NCBI GenBank assembly: GCA_963790305.1
Contig: CAWBOC010000013.1
Span: 128,001 to 192,000 of the forward strand
Direction of reading: 5' to 3'
Source: an uncultured Gemmatimonadaceae bacterium
Lineage (GTDB): Bacteria > Gemmatimonadota > Gemmatimonadetes > Gemmatimonadales > Gemmatimonadaceae
DNA: 64,000 nucleotides
Position numbers and translations under genes: made by a program. Positions 42,085-53,524 of this stretch are shown in pieces. The notes under the pieces are model-generated. The model searched no databases. It was not told where the DNA came from and saw only the letters and a program-made list of their open reading frames with translations. The stretch's first letter is position 1, and each line of letters begins with the position of its first letter.

Positions 42085-44426
42085 TTGGGTAGCACGACGT
42101 TGCGGCGCGAGCTCGCCGGCATCGCACTTCTTCTCTTCGCGCTGTTCCTGGGCGCCGCCATCGCCTTTCCCGGCGCGGACGCCACGAGCTGCATGGCCGC
42201 GCGCGGTCCGACGGGACCGGTAGGAGCGTGTTTGCGGTCGGTGTTCGTCGCCACGCTTGGCCTTCCGGCGACCGTTCTGCTCCCGCTGCTGCCCCTGGTG
42301 TACGCCTTACGAGTCTTCCGCCGCATCGAGGCCGACACCGATCGCTCGTGGCTCGTCTTCCTCGGGCGGCCTCGCCTTGTTGCTGCCGGTGGCGATCGCG
42401 CTGGCGATGGGTGCGGCGCGCGAAGTCGAGCCTGCACACGGGCCTGTGGGGCAGCTTCGCCGCGTTCTACCTCCAGCGTGCCTTCGGCTTCGCCGGCGCC
42501 TGGATCATCGTGATGCTCGCTCTTCAGCGTGCTGACGGCCGTGACGCTGGCGTGGAATCCGGTGCGCGTCCTGATCGGCTGGAAGCCGAAGCCAACCGCG
42601 CTGGTGATGGATCACGCGCCGTCGAAGGCGAAGCGGCGGTGGCCGGTGGGGGAAGAGAACGTCGTCGACCGCGAGGCCGCGGCGGTAGCGCTGGCGCCGA
42701 CGCCGGAGGAGATGCCGGGCGTCGATCCATCGCTGCGGGATACTCCCGTCGAGGTGAGTGCGGAACGCGGAATTCGGAAGAAGAAGCGGACCAAGGCCGA
42801 CCTGGCTGCAGAGCACGCCGAGAAGATCGCGGCGGTGATCGACGCGAACGCGTCGGTGCCCGAGGTCGCGGCGGACGAGCTGCCGACGCCCGACATTCTT
42901 TCGCCGCCCCCGCCACGGAATCGGGACTCGTCGCAGCGCGAGCTCGACGCAATGGGCGTGAAGCTCATGGACGCGCTGCGCACCTTCCGTGTCGAAGGGG
43001 AGCTCGTCGGGCGCACGACGGGTCCCGTCGTCACGCAATTCGAGATCGAGCCCGCAGCAGGGGTGAAGGTGCGCCAGATCGCGAATCTCTCGAACGATCT
43101 CGCGCTCGCCATGCGCGCGCAGAGCATCCGCATCGTGGCGCCGATCCCCGGCCGCGGCGCCGTCGGCGTGGAGGTGCCCAACCCGGCGCCGGAGATCGTT
43201 GGCGTTCCGCGAGCTGCTCGAGTCGAAGGACTTTCAGCAGGCGCGCGCTGCGCTGCCGATCGCGTTAGGCAAGGATCTCGAGGGCAAGCCCGTCATCGCC
43301 GATCTGGCGAAGATGCCGCACCTGCTCATCGCCGGGGCAACCGGGTCCGGCAAGTCGGTGTGCGTGAACACGCTCATCACGAGCCTCGTCTACCGGCACA
43401 CGCCGAAGACGCTGCGCTTCCTGATGGTCGATCCGAAGATGGTGGAGCTGTCGGTGTACAATCAGCTCCCGCATCTGCGCCACAAGGTGATCACGGACAA
43501 TCGCGATGCCGCGGCCGTGCTGAAGTGGGCCGTGCTGGAGATGCAGGAGCGCTACGAGCTGCTGGCCGCGAACGGGTGCCGCAACATCCAGGACTTCAAT
43601 CGCAAGGCGCCAGGACGGTCTGCCGCTGTCCATGCCGAAGCGCGCGGACATCGCGTTCGAGGATCTCACGTACCGCGGCGGCGTTCTCCCGTACATCGTC
43701 GTCGTCATCGACGAGCTCGCCGACCTCATGATGACGGTCCAGGGCGAGGTGGAGACGCCGCTGGCGATGCTCGCGCAGAAGGCGCGCGCCATCGGCATCC
43801 ACCTGATTCTCGCGACGCAGCGCCCGAGCGTGAACGTCATCACCGGGCTCATCAAGGCGAACTTCCCCAGCCGGATCGCATTCCGCGTCGCCTCCCAGGT
43901 GGACAGCCGCACGATTCTCGACGGCATCGGCGCGGAGTCGCTGTTAGGCAACGGCGACATGCTCTTCATCCCGCCGGGCAAGTCCGAGCCGTCGCGCCTT
44001 CAGGGCGCGTTCATTCCGAGCGAGGACACCGAGCGGCTCATGCAGTGGTATCGCGACGAGCGCGACGCGAAGCGGAAGGCGTACGAGGCGCAGGGGCTCG
44101 TGCTCGAGGAGCCGGTGGCGGCGGAGCCGGACATTCTCGAGGCCGTGCGCCAGCGTGAGGCGCTCGATCAGGGCGGGGATGAGGGCGAGGATGCGGAGGT
44201 TGGCGACCGGGACAAGCTCTTCCGCGAGGCGGCCGAGGTCGTCCTCCACCACCAGCAGGGATCGACGTCGCTCTTGCAGCGGCGACTGAAGGTCGGCTAC
44301 GGCCGGGCGGCGCGAATCATCGACCAGCTGCACGCAGCGGGCATACTCGGGCCGCCGGACGGCTCCAAGCCGCGCGATGTGCTCGTGGGCCTCGAGGATC
44401 TCGACCGGATTTGTGGACCGAGGTGA
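42085..44426 (+). CDS. ftsK: DNA translocase FtsK (several frameshifts)
   Basis: N-terminal TM region, GPVVTQFE, PHLLIAGATGSGKS, DPKMVEL, IDELADLMM, ATQRPSV, gamma domain STSLLQRRLKVGYGRAARIID. Confidence 0.95.
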
Positions 44427-44432
44427 AGGGAC

Positions 44433-44457
44433 AGGTGCTCGAGGTGCTCGAGCACCT
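44433..44457. repeat. Minimal 9-bp-unit palindrome between convergent ftsK and DUF2059 genes
   Basis: aggtgctcg-aggtgctcg-agcacct; perfect 16-bp palindrome at 44442-44457. Confidence 0.7.
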
Positions 44458-44951
44458 ATGGGGTTATCAGTCCCTTCTCCGTCAGGTCCATCATGACCTG
44501 CATCCCCATCTTCATGCCCCACCGCTCAGCGGCGCCGACCGTCTCGAGCGCCACCGCCGGTTGCTTCTCCGCCATCATGCGGCCAAGGGGAGTCTCGAAG
44601 AACGCGATCATCTGATCGATCTGCTCCTTCGTGTAGTGACGATCGTGCACACCCACCAGGATCGTCACGAACTCCCCGATGTTGTCCGTCGCGCGCTTGA
44701 TGAACTCGTTCCAGAACACGTCCGGGATGTCAGGCTGCGCCTTCTTCTGCGCGTCCAGCCCGACCTTCATTCCCTCGAGCATCGTCCGCTCGGCGCGCGT
44801 CAACGCGATGAGCTTGCGGATCGCTTTCTCCTTCTCGGGATCGACCCGCTTCTCGGCGACCGCTGATCCGGCCTGCGCGTTCGGCGTCTGTGAGATGGCG
44901 GGCGACGCGCTGACAAGCGTTAGGCCGATGAGGATCGGCGATGAGGCGCAT
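44456..44951 (-). CDS. Exported DUF2059-domain protein (frameshift in signal peptide near 44935)
   Basis: Repaired N-terminus MRLIAILIGLTLVSASPAISQ; motif HYTKEQIDQMIAFFETPLGR. Confidence 0.75.
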
Positions 44952-45001
44952 GGATGAGGGTTACAGGTTAGAACAAACGGGCGCGTGCAGCGACCCCAGA
45001 A

Positions 45002-45941
45002 TCACAATGCGCGAAGGCCGGCGTCTCGCAAGGGCTCGGTCGTGGCCATGCCGCAGTAGCGACGATTCGCCTTCCCGCTCGCCACGAGGGCGATCGGCAT
45101 GGATGCGTCGTCCACCGCTCCCATAGCATGCGCGACCGCGTGAGGAGCGCCTACGCTTGAAAACTCGGCGAGTCGAAACCCGCCGGCTTCCAGCTCGGCC
45201 GCGAGCTCGTCCTCGGAGAAATGGTGCGCGAAGTCGGGGACCAGATCGTCGCCAAGCTCCGCCTTTTGCGGCCCCGAATCGCGCGAAGGACATTAGCAGT
45301 CCTCGTGACGATGCGCAGATACCGAATCGCTTGCTGGCGCGCGAAGACAGAAACCAGGACCGGTGCGCCGTTAGGCAGGTGCGGCCGCAACTGCTTCAGG
45401 AACCGGATGCGAGTCGACGCGTGCTGCATCAGCGTATAACTGCGACCACCCAATGATCGCCCCGTCGCATGTTGGAATATCGGAGTGGGCATTCGTCCCG
45501 CGGGGCGAGGGCGACGCGCGCGCGATCCTTCACGACCCAGAATGCTCGTTGGCACTTTGAAGCGAGATCGGGGTGGCACTCGAACGCACGGACCACGGCG
45601 AGGCCGCGTCGCTCCAGCGCAACGACTGTCACGACCGCCCCCAGCCGACGAGACCAGAACCGAGCGACAACCCAGGAAGTGCCGCTCGAAGGATCCGCGC
45701 CTCCCAGCGGAAGAATCCCGAGAAGATTGTAGTGCTCGTCGTGGTACATGCGCGTGCGTCGGTAGTACAGTCTCGTTGGTCGCATACAGCGAGGTCCGGT
45801 CGAGGAGGCCGAGCCATGTGCCGATGAAGACGCCCCGCGCTGCCGTGATCGAGCCTTCGAACCACCGACGTCGAGGCGTCGTAGGCCCGGACTGTCCACG
45901 GCAGATGCGACCGTCGTCCATGCCGAGGAATGAGGAGCCAT
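45002..45941 (-). CDS. Class I SAM-dependent methyltransferase-like protein with many indels (errors or pseudogene)
   Basis: Pieces across frames: WLGLLD, YHDEHYNL, VLVSSAGGGR, ALERRG, FECHP, SYTLM, ELAAELEAGGF; ends are inferred. Confidence 0.55.
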
Positions 45942-46070
45942 TCCCAAATGTATCACGTCCCCGTTGCCAGGTCGGGCAGCGCATCCGTGACGTGCAACGG
46001 GACGCAACGGAGCCACTGGCATGCGAGCGATGATGACGACCCTCACGACCGCTCCGTATCTTGTGCCTCC

Positions 46071-46445
46071 ATGACGACCGAGCGAATGGCGTTCGGAGAG
46101 CTGGGGGAGCGGGTAGCGGAGCGGTGGCTGAAGCGACAGGGATGGCGGGTGCTGATGCGTCGCTTCAGGAGCGGTCATCGCGACATTGACCTCGTCATGG
46201 AGCGCGATGGGCTCGTGAGCTTCGTCGAGGTCAAGGCGCGCCGGGGGTCGGAGTTCGGCGAGCCGGTGGAGGCAGTCGGGTGGCGGAAGCAGCGCGAGCT
46301 CACCCGGTCGGCGCTGGTGTGGATCGACCGTCACGGACGCCCGTACGAGACCTACCGGTTCGATGTAGTCGGGGTGCTGGTCGAGCAGGAACGCGTGCGA
46401 ATTCGGCACGTGGAGAACGCATTCGAGGTGCGCGGTTCGCGTTGA
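46071..46445 (+). CDS. yraN: YraN family (UPF0102) nuclease-like protein
   Basis: GELGERVAERWL..QGW, DIDLV, FVEVKAR, YRFDVV. Confidence 0.93.
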   Translation: MTTERMAFGELGERVAERWLKRQGWRVLMRRFRSGHRDIDLVMERDGLVSFVEVKARRGSEFGEPVEAVGWRKQRELTRSALVWIDRHGRPYETYRFDVVGVLVEQERVRIRHVENAFEVRGSR

Positions 46446-46474
46446 CTTTCCAGGGATGGTTTCGTATTTTGTTC
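46442..46474 (+). promoter_or_regulatory. recA sigma-70 promoter with possible overlapping SOS box
   Basis: TTGACT-N17-TATTTT (46442-46470); TTTC-N7-GTTC (46460-46474) straddles the -10. Confidence 0.6.
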
Positions 46475-46552
46475 GGGCATGGTGCGCTCCCCGGCCACGG
46501 GTAGATTCACCGCACGGCCAGATCCTTCCACGACAACTCAAAGGGCGGACGA

Positions 46553-47596
<1,044 letters not shown>

Positions 47597-47617
47597 TCCT
47601 GCGCCGGCCGGCTTTCC

Positions 47618-47702
47618 AACGCCGGGGAACGGATTACGTGGAATGTGGCGCTACCCGGAATGCGCTCGTTCACGTGATCTGCGCCCCGGCGGTTTTGATT
47701 TT
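47618..47702 (+). terminator. Long hairpin plus T-rich tail between recA and recX
   Basis: gccgggg/ccccggc and cggattacgtgga/ttcacgtgatctg stems, then ggttttgatttt. Confidence 0.6.
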
Positions 47703-47731
47703 CAGGAGTCGAGGTCGTCGAGGTGATCATC

Positions 47732-48268
47732 ATGCCGCACGGACACGCTGAAGAGGGCTCCGGCGACGCCTCGGAGTCCCGAGGGACCGGCGAACCGTCG
47801 CCCGCGTATGCTCGCTCGCTCGACATGCTCGCCCGTGCGCCACGGTCCGTTCGCGATCTCCGGCGTCGGCTCCTGCTCAAGGGCGAGGTGGAAGCTGACG
47901 TCGACGCCGCGATCGGGCGCTTGACCGCCGCCGGTCTCCTCGACGACGCCGCCTACGCGCGCGCGTTCGTGCGGTCGAAGGTATCCTCGCAAGGATTCTC
48001 GCGCCGGCGCTTGCAGCAGGAGCTCGCGAAGCGAGGGGTCGCACGCGAGATCGCCGGCGACGCCATCGACGAGGTTCTGCATGACGACGAGGTCGACGAA
48101 GCCGCGAACATTGAGCGCGCGGCGTCGAAGAAGCTCCGGACGCTTCGCGGTCTCGACGAGGAGACGCAGCGACGGCGTTTGTACGCTTACCTGGCGCGGC
48201 GCGGATACGAGGCGGATGAGGTGCGCGCCGTGGTCGGCCGACTGAAAACGGAGCAGCGAGCGGACTAG
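47732..48268 (+). CDS. recX: Regulatory protein RecX
   Basis: LARAPRS..DLRRRL, GLLDD..YARAFVR, RRLQQEL.KRGV, RRLYAYLARRGY; follows recA. Confidence 0.93.
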   Translation: MPHGHAEEGSGDASESRGTGEPSPAYARSLDMLARAPRSVRDLRRRLLLKGEVEADVDAAIGRLTAAGLLDDAAYARAFVRSKVSSQGFSRRRLQQELAKRGVAREIAGDAIDEVLHDDEVDEAANIERAASKKLRTLRGLDEETQRRRLYAYLARRGYEADEVRAVVGRLKTEQRAD

Positions 48269-48331
48269 AAGGGGCCTTTCGAGTCCCGGTCGCTGGCCCG
48301 GATCCACGAGCGCCTCGTATATTGCGCGTCT

Positions 48332-51128
48332 ATGCAGGCTTCCGAGATCCGCGCGCGCTTTCTCTCGTACTTCCAGGCGCACCAGCACTCCGTCCGGCCG
48401 AGCTCGCCACTCGTTCCCGCGGATGACCCGACGTTGCTCTTCACCAACGCCGGCATGGTGCAATTCAAGAAGATCTTCCTCGGCCAGGAGCAGACCGAGT
48501 ACGGTCGTCGCGCCACGACGGTCCAGAAGTGTGTGCGCGCGGGCGGCAAGCATAACGATCTGGAGCAGGTCGGACACACCTTCCGGCATCACACCTTCTT
48601 CGAGATGCTTGGCAACTTCTCGTTTGGCGACTACTTCAAGGCCGAGGCGATCCGCTTCGCCTGGGAGTTCGTCACCGAGGAGCTTTCGCTCGACCCGCGG
48701 CACCTGCGGGTGACCGTGTATCACTCCGACGACGAGGCGCGGGACCTCTGGCGCGATGTGGCGCAGCTGCCGCCCTCGCGCATCTACGGCCTGGGCGAGA
48801 AGGACAACTTCTGGCAGATGGGGGAGACCGGCCCGTGTGGGCCGTGCTCGGAGATCTACGTCGATCTCGCCCACGTCGCGAATGACTGGGTGTTCCCGGC
48901 CGGTGCGACCGGTGAATGGACGGAGCGCGACCGCGCCGACTTCTCGCTCGAGGCCTTCGTCGTCGGTGCGGAAGCGGGTCGCTTTCTCGAGATCTGGAAC
49001 CTCGTGTTCATGCAGTTCGATCGGTCCGCGGACGGAACGCTGACGCCCCTTCCGAAGCCATCGATCGATACCGGGGCCGGCCTCGAGCGCATTGCCGCGG
49101 TCATGCAGGGGACAACCAGCAACTTTCACACGGACCTCTTCACCCCGATTCTTCACACCATTGAGGAGGTCGTGGGCGTTCCCTACTGGGGACGGGAGAG
49201 CGACGAGGCGCGTCGCGGTATTGCCGCGCATTTGCCCGGCGGCGTGCGCCGGATCATTCCGAACGCGGTCGAGCCGGCGTCCTTTCGAGTCATCGCCGAT
49301 CACGCGCGCGCGGTCGCGTTCCTGCTCGGCGATGGCGTCTTCCCATCGAACGAAGGACGGGGCTACGTCCTGCGCCGAATCCTCCGTCGGGCCGTTAGGC
49401 ACGCCTGGCTGCTCGGCCGGCAGGAGCCGACGCTCGCGCCGGTCGTTCAAGCCGTGATCGAGAGCATGGGGGGCATCTATCCCGAGCTCCTCCATCGGGC
49501 GAAGCACATCGTGGACACCACGACGGCGGAGGAGGAGCGCTTTCTCGCCACGATCGATGCCGGAATGGCGCGGTTCGACGAGCTTGCACCGCCCGCCACG
49601 ACGCAGGGATCTACCGCGGTACGGGGGACGATCTCGGGTGAGGAGGCGTTCATCCTGTACGACCGCTACGGCTTCCCGATCGACCTCACGGAGCTCATGG
49701 CGCGCGAGCGGGGCTACACCGTCGACATCGCGGGCTTCGAGGCCGCGCTCGAGACACAGCGTCAGCAGTCGCAGGCCGATCGGAAGGCGAAGAAAATCGG
49801 CGTGGCGGCCGACCAGCTGACGGAGGGCGCGTGGGAGGCGGAGTCTGCGCCCGCGACGCCTGTTGGACCCGCGCGACATCAGCGAAACGGCGTTCGTGGG
49901 GTACGAGACCGTCGAGATCGAGACGCAGGTGACCGCGGTTCGCCGCCTCGGTGACGACCGGCTCGCGGTGATGCTGCGCGAAACGCCGTTCTACGCCGAG
50001 TCTGGCGGCCAGATCGCCGACGTCGGAGAGATCATCGGCGAAGGGTGGCGGGTCGACGTCGACGACGTGCGCCGCGTCGACGGCCGGGTGGCGGCGTTAG
50101 GCAAGCTCACCGGGTCGTTCAAGTTCGGCCGCGTCATCGCGCGCGTGCCGAGCGATCGCCGCCGGGATACCGAGCGCAATCACACCGCGACCCATCTGCT
50201 GCACGGTGCGCTGCGGGAGGTCCTCGGCGAGCACGTGCATCAGGCGGGCTCACTCGTCGCGCCGGACCGGCTTCGCTTCGACTTCACGCACCACGGGCCC
50301 GTCAAGCCCGAAGCGCTGACGGAGATCGAAGAGCGCGTCAATCGCGCCATCTGGGCCGACGTCGACGTGCAGTTCACGCAGAAGTCCTATCGTGAGGCGG
50401 TCGAAGCGGGCGCCATGGCGCTGTTCGGCGAGAAGTACGGCGACGTCGTGCGCGTCGTCTCCATTCCGGGATACTCCGTGGAGCTGTGCGGCGGAACGCA
50501 CGCGCGCAACACCGGACAGATCGCGCTCTTCAAGATCGTGGCGGAAACCGGCGTGGCGGCCGGCGTGCGCCGGATCGAGGCGGTCACGGGCCCGCGCGCC
50601 TACGAGCTCATTCGCGAGGAAGAGCGGCGACTTCAAAAGATCGTCGACCTCGTGAAGGGAACGTCCGACGGCGTCGTGAAGCGGGTCGAGGCGCTGGTGG
50701 AAGAGCGGCGTCAGCTTCAACGCCGGCTCGATGACAGCCTGCGTGGTGGGGGCGATCAGGTGGCAACGCTCGTCGCCGGTGCACGACAGGTGAATGGCGC
50801 GCGCGTGGTTGCCGCCGAGGTGCGTGTCGGCGACGCGAAGGAGCTACAGGCGCTGGCGGATGCGCTTCGCGAGAAGCTCGGGACGGGCGTGGGGGTGTTG
50901 GGCGCGTCGATCGGGGACAAGACGACCATGCTCGTCGTCGTCACCGACGATCTCCGTGAGAAAGGGGTACGTGCCGATGCCCTCGTGCGCGACATTGCGG
51001 CGATCGCGGGCGGGCGTGGGGGTGGCAAGCCGCACCTGGCGCAGGCTGGCATTCCCGACGCCACGAAGCTTCCTCAGGCGATCGAGCACGCCCCGGGGAT
51101 CATCGCGCGTGCGCTCGCGACCGCCTGA
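48332..51128 (+). CDS. alaS: Alanine--tRNA ligase (frameshift near 49860)
   Basis: DPTLLFTNAGM.QFK, HHTFFEMLGNFSFGDYFK, NHTATHLLH, ELCGGTH, GRGGGKP..AQAG. Confidence 0.98.
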
Positions 51129-51132
51129 CGAC

Positions 51133-51472
51133 GTGCGCCAGCCGTCACCGGGGACAGTCGGTGCCTGGCTGGAGGGTCGCACGCCTCCGCCTCCCCAGAT
51201 GCTGCGATCGCGAATCCTGCTGGCGTTAGGCGATGGACTCGGCCGCGCCGTGGCGGACACCGAGGAGGTGTGCCTCGATGCCGCGGAGCGCGTGCTGTCC
51301 CATCTGTTCTCGGACGGCACGGGAGGCCGACACGAGGCAGTCGACTTGCTGGCAGCCGACGCGCTGGTGACGTACGCCCTCGAGTTCGCCGCCGAGACGC
51401 CGCCGAGAGTTCGAGGTCAGCGCGACGCTCGCGCTCGAGCGCTTTGGACAGCTTGCACGGGGATGCGCATGA
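51133..51472 (+). CDS. Hypothetical protein (probable frameshift near 51405)
   Basis: WL..R.PPPP..L..RI...A.DLLAADALVTYA.E.AAE; repaired stop overlaps the next ATG (ATGA). Confidence 0.55.
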
Positions 51473-52197
51473 GCATCCTGACGCGCTTGGAGGCGAATGG
51501 CGGACTGGCCGTCCTCGTCGACCCCAACCGGACAGCGCCGGACGAAGCGGAACAGCTCGCGGCGCGGGCCGCCGATGAGGGGGTCGCCGCGCTCCTCGTC
51601 GGCACGTCGTACGCCGATGAGGCAAATGTCGGGGCGGTGGCCCGCGCGATGAAGCGCGGAGCGCCGGCCGTCCCGCTTCTCGAGTTTCCTGGTGCGGCCT
51701 CGCATCTCGTGCCGGACGTGGACGCGGTCCTCTTGCTCTCGCTCGTATCCGGGCGCAACGCTCAGTACTTGATCGAAGAGCACGTTCGCGCCGTTCCGTT
51801 TTTCGAGCGGCATCCGGACGTGGAGCCGATCAGCACTGCGTACCTGCTGATCGACGGTGGCGAAGTGACCTCGGTCGAAGCGGTGAGCCAGACGCGTCCG
51901 CTCCCGGCGGGCAAGCCGGAGCTCGTGGCCGCGCACGTGCGCGCGGCAATGCTGGTGGGCATGGCGGCGACGTACCTCAATGCAGGAAGTGGTGCGCGGC
52001 GGCCGGTGTCCCCTGTTCTCATTCGTGCGGCGCGCGCGGCGACCAGAGGTCCGCTCTTCGTCGGCGGAGGCGTGCGAACCGCGGACGCTGTTCGCGCAGC
52101 GCGAGACGCGGGAGCGGACTTCGTGGTCGTTGGCACGTTGGTCGAGCGACAAGGCGCGCCGGCGGTCCGCGAGCTCGCGCGCGCCGCGCGCGTATGA
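51469..52197 (+). CDS. Geranylgeranylglyceryl/heptaprenylglyceryl phosphate synthase (PcrB family, group II-like)
   Basis: LVDP, VGTS, FPG, SLVSGRN..YLI, YLLIDGG, YLNAGSGA, VGGGVR, AGADFVVVGT. Confidence 0.88.
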   Translation: MSILTRLEANGGLAVLVDPNRTAPDEAEQLAARAADEGVAALLVGTSYADEANVGAVARAMKRGAPAVPLLEFPGAASHLVPDVDAVLLLSLVSGRNAQYLIEEHVRAVPFFERHPDVEPISTAYLLIDGGEVTSVEAVSQTRPLPAGKPELVAAHVRAAMLVGMAATYLNAGSGARRPVSPVLIRAARAATRGPLFVGGGVRTADAVRAARDAGADFVVVGTLVERQGAPAVRELARAARV

Positions 52198-52949
52198 TCG
52201 ACATTCACACGCATCTCCTTCCGGGTGTCGACGACGGCTCGCCAAGCATCGACGTCTCGGTCCCCATTCTTCAACGCTTTGCCGATGAGGGAGTGGAGGT
52301 CGTCGTCTGCACACCCCATCTCGAAGCGGGTCGGGCCGCACGAGCGCCTCACGAGCAATATGATGCGATCTTTCGCGAGCTCAGCGCGCGCGCTCCGGGC
52401 GGTATCTCGCTGCTGCGCGGATGGGAAATCATGATCGACGTTCCGGAGGTCGATCTCAGCGACCCTCGCCTGGGGCTTGGCGGCTCCGTGGCCGTGCTCG
52501 TCGAGTTTCCCCGCATGAACGTTCCCGCGGCGGCCGCACGAGAGCTGATGCGCCTGAGGCACAGCGGTATCATCCCGGTGCTGGCGCACCCCGAGCGGTA
52601 CTGGGGATGCACGCCGGACATGGTTCGCGCGTGGCGCGACGCAGGCGCCGCGATCCAGATGGATGCGTCGATGCTGCTCGGCGGGCCGAATTCGTCGAAG
52701 CTGGCGCGGTCACTCCTCGGGGAGGGTTTGGTGGACTGTATCGCCAGCGACAACCATGGCGACAGGCGGTCGCTTTCGGGCGCACGTCAATGGCTGCTCG
52801 AGATCGGCGCTGACGAGCAGGCCGAGCTGTTGACGCGGGGGAACGCGCGGCGAATGCTGGATGGCCAGCCGCCGCTCCCTGTAGCGGCCCTGCCGATTGT
52901 CGAGCGCGGCATGCTGGCTCGGCTCAAGCAGCTCGTGCTCGGCCACTGA
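52194..52949 (+). CDS. PHP-family tyrosine-protein phosphatase (CpsB/CapC/YwqE-like)
   Basis: MIDIHTHLLPGVDDGS, TPH, LAHPERY, ASDNH. Confidence 0.92.
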   Translation: MIDIHTHLLPGVDDGSPSIDVSVPILQRFADEGVEVVVCTPHLEAGRAARAPHEQYDAIFRELSARAPGGISLLRGWEIMIDVPEVDLSDPRLGLGGSVAVLVEFPRMNVPAAAARELMRLRHSGIIPVLAHPERYWGCTPDMVRAWRDAGAAIQMDASMLLGGPNSSKLARSLLGEGLVDCIASDNHGDRRSLSGARQWLLEIGADEQAELLTRGNARRMLDGQPPLPVAALPIVERGMLARLKQLVLGH

Positions 52950-53509
52950 TGGCCAAGACCTCTGATGCGCTCCGAGAGCTGGCTGCTTTGGCCGGGCGCG
53001 TCGCCGACACGGTGGCGGCCGACCTGGATCGCGCGCTCGATCTCGTGCGCGAGACCGTGCGCGGCGGAGGGACGCTCTTCTTCTGCGGAAACGGCGGTAG
53101 TGCGGCCGACGCGCAGCATCTGGCGACCGAGTACGTGGTGCGGTACATGAAGACGCGGCGAGCGTACCCCGCCGTGGCGCTGACGACGGACACATCCCTC
53201 CTCACCGCGGCGGGGAATGATCTGGGCTTCGAGGAGATCTTCGCGCGCCAGGTCGAGGCGCTCGCGAAGCCTGGCGATCTGCTGATCATCCATTCGACGA
53301 GCGGAAGCTCGCCTAACGTGCTCCGTGCGGCTGAAGCAGCTCGTGCCAAGCGCGTGAAGGTCCTGTCGTTTGCCGCACGCGATGGTGGCGAGCTCAAGGC
53401 ACTGTCCGATCACATCGTCGTCGTACCTACGGATCGTACTGACCGGGCGCAGGAGATCCATCTCTGCATGGAGCACGCGATCTGCGAGGCGATCGAGCGT
53501 GATCTGTAG
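52949..53509 (+). CDS. gmhA: Phosphoheptose isomerase
   Basis: CGNGGSAADAQHLATE, LTTDTS.LTA.GND.GF..IFARQVEAL, STSG.SPN, QEIH. Confidence 0.95.
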   Translation: MAKTSDALRELAALAGRVADTVAADLDRALDLVRETVRGGGTLFFCGNGGSAADAQHLATEYVVRYMKTRRAYPAVALTTDTSLLTAAGNDLGFEEIFARQVEALAKPGDLLIIHSTSGSSPNVLRAAEAARAKRVKVLSFAARDGGELKALSDHIVVVPTDRTDRAQEIHLCMEHAICEAIERDL

Positions 53510-53524
53510 CCGAGCTGCTCGTAA

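Noticed and set aside
47702..49879. Long antisense ORFs (725 aa opposite recX/alaS; also 23924-25657, 13718-15466 and many others)
   Set aside because: Shadow ORFs typical of high-GC coding DNA; no recognisable motifs, and they mirror well-supported + strand genes.
50794..52197. Apparent fusion of a hypothetical protein to GGGP synthase (467-aa ORF)
   Set aside because: A single indel near 51405 restores a stop overlapping the ATG at 51469 (ATGA), so the fusion is probably an artefact.
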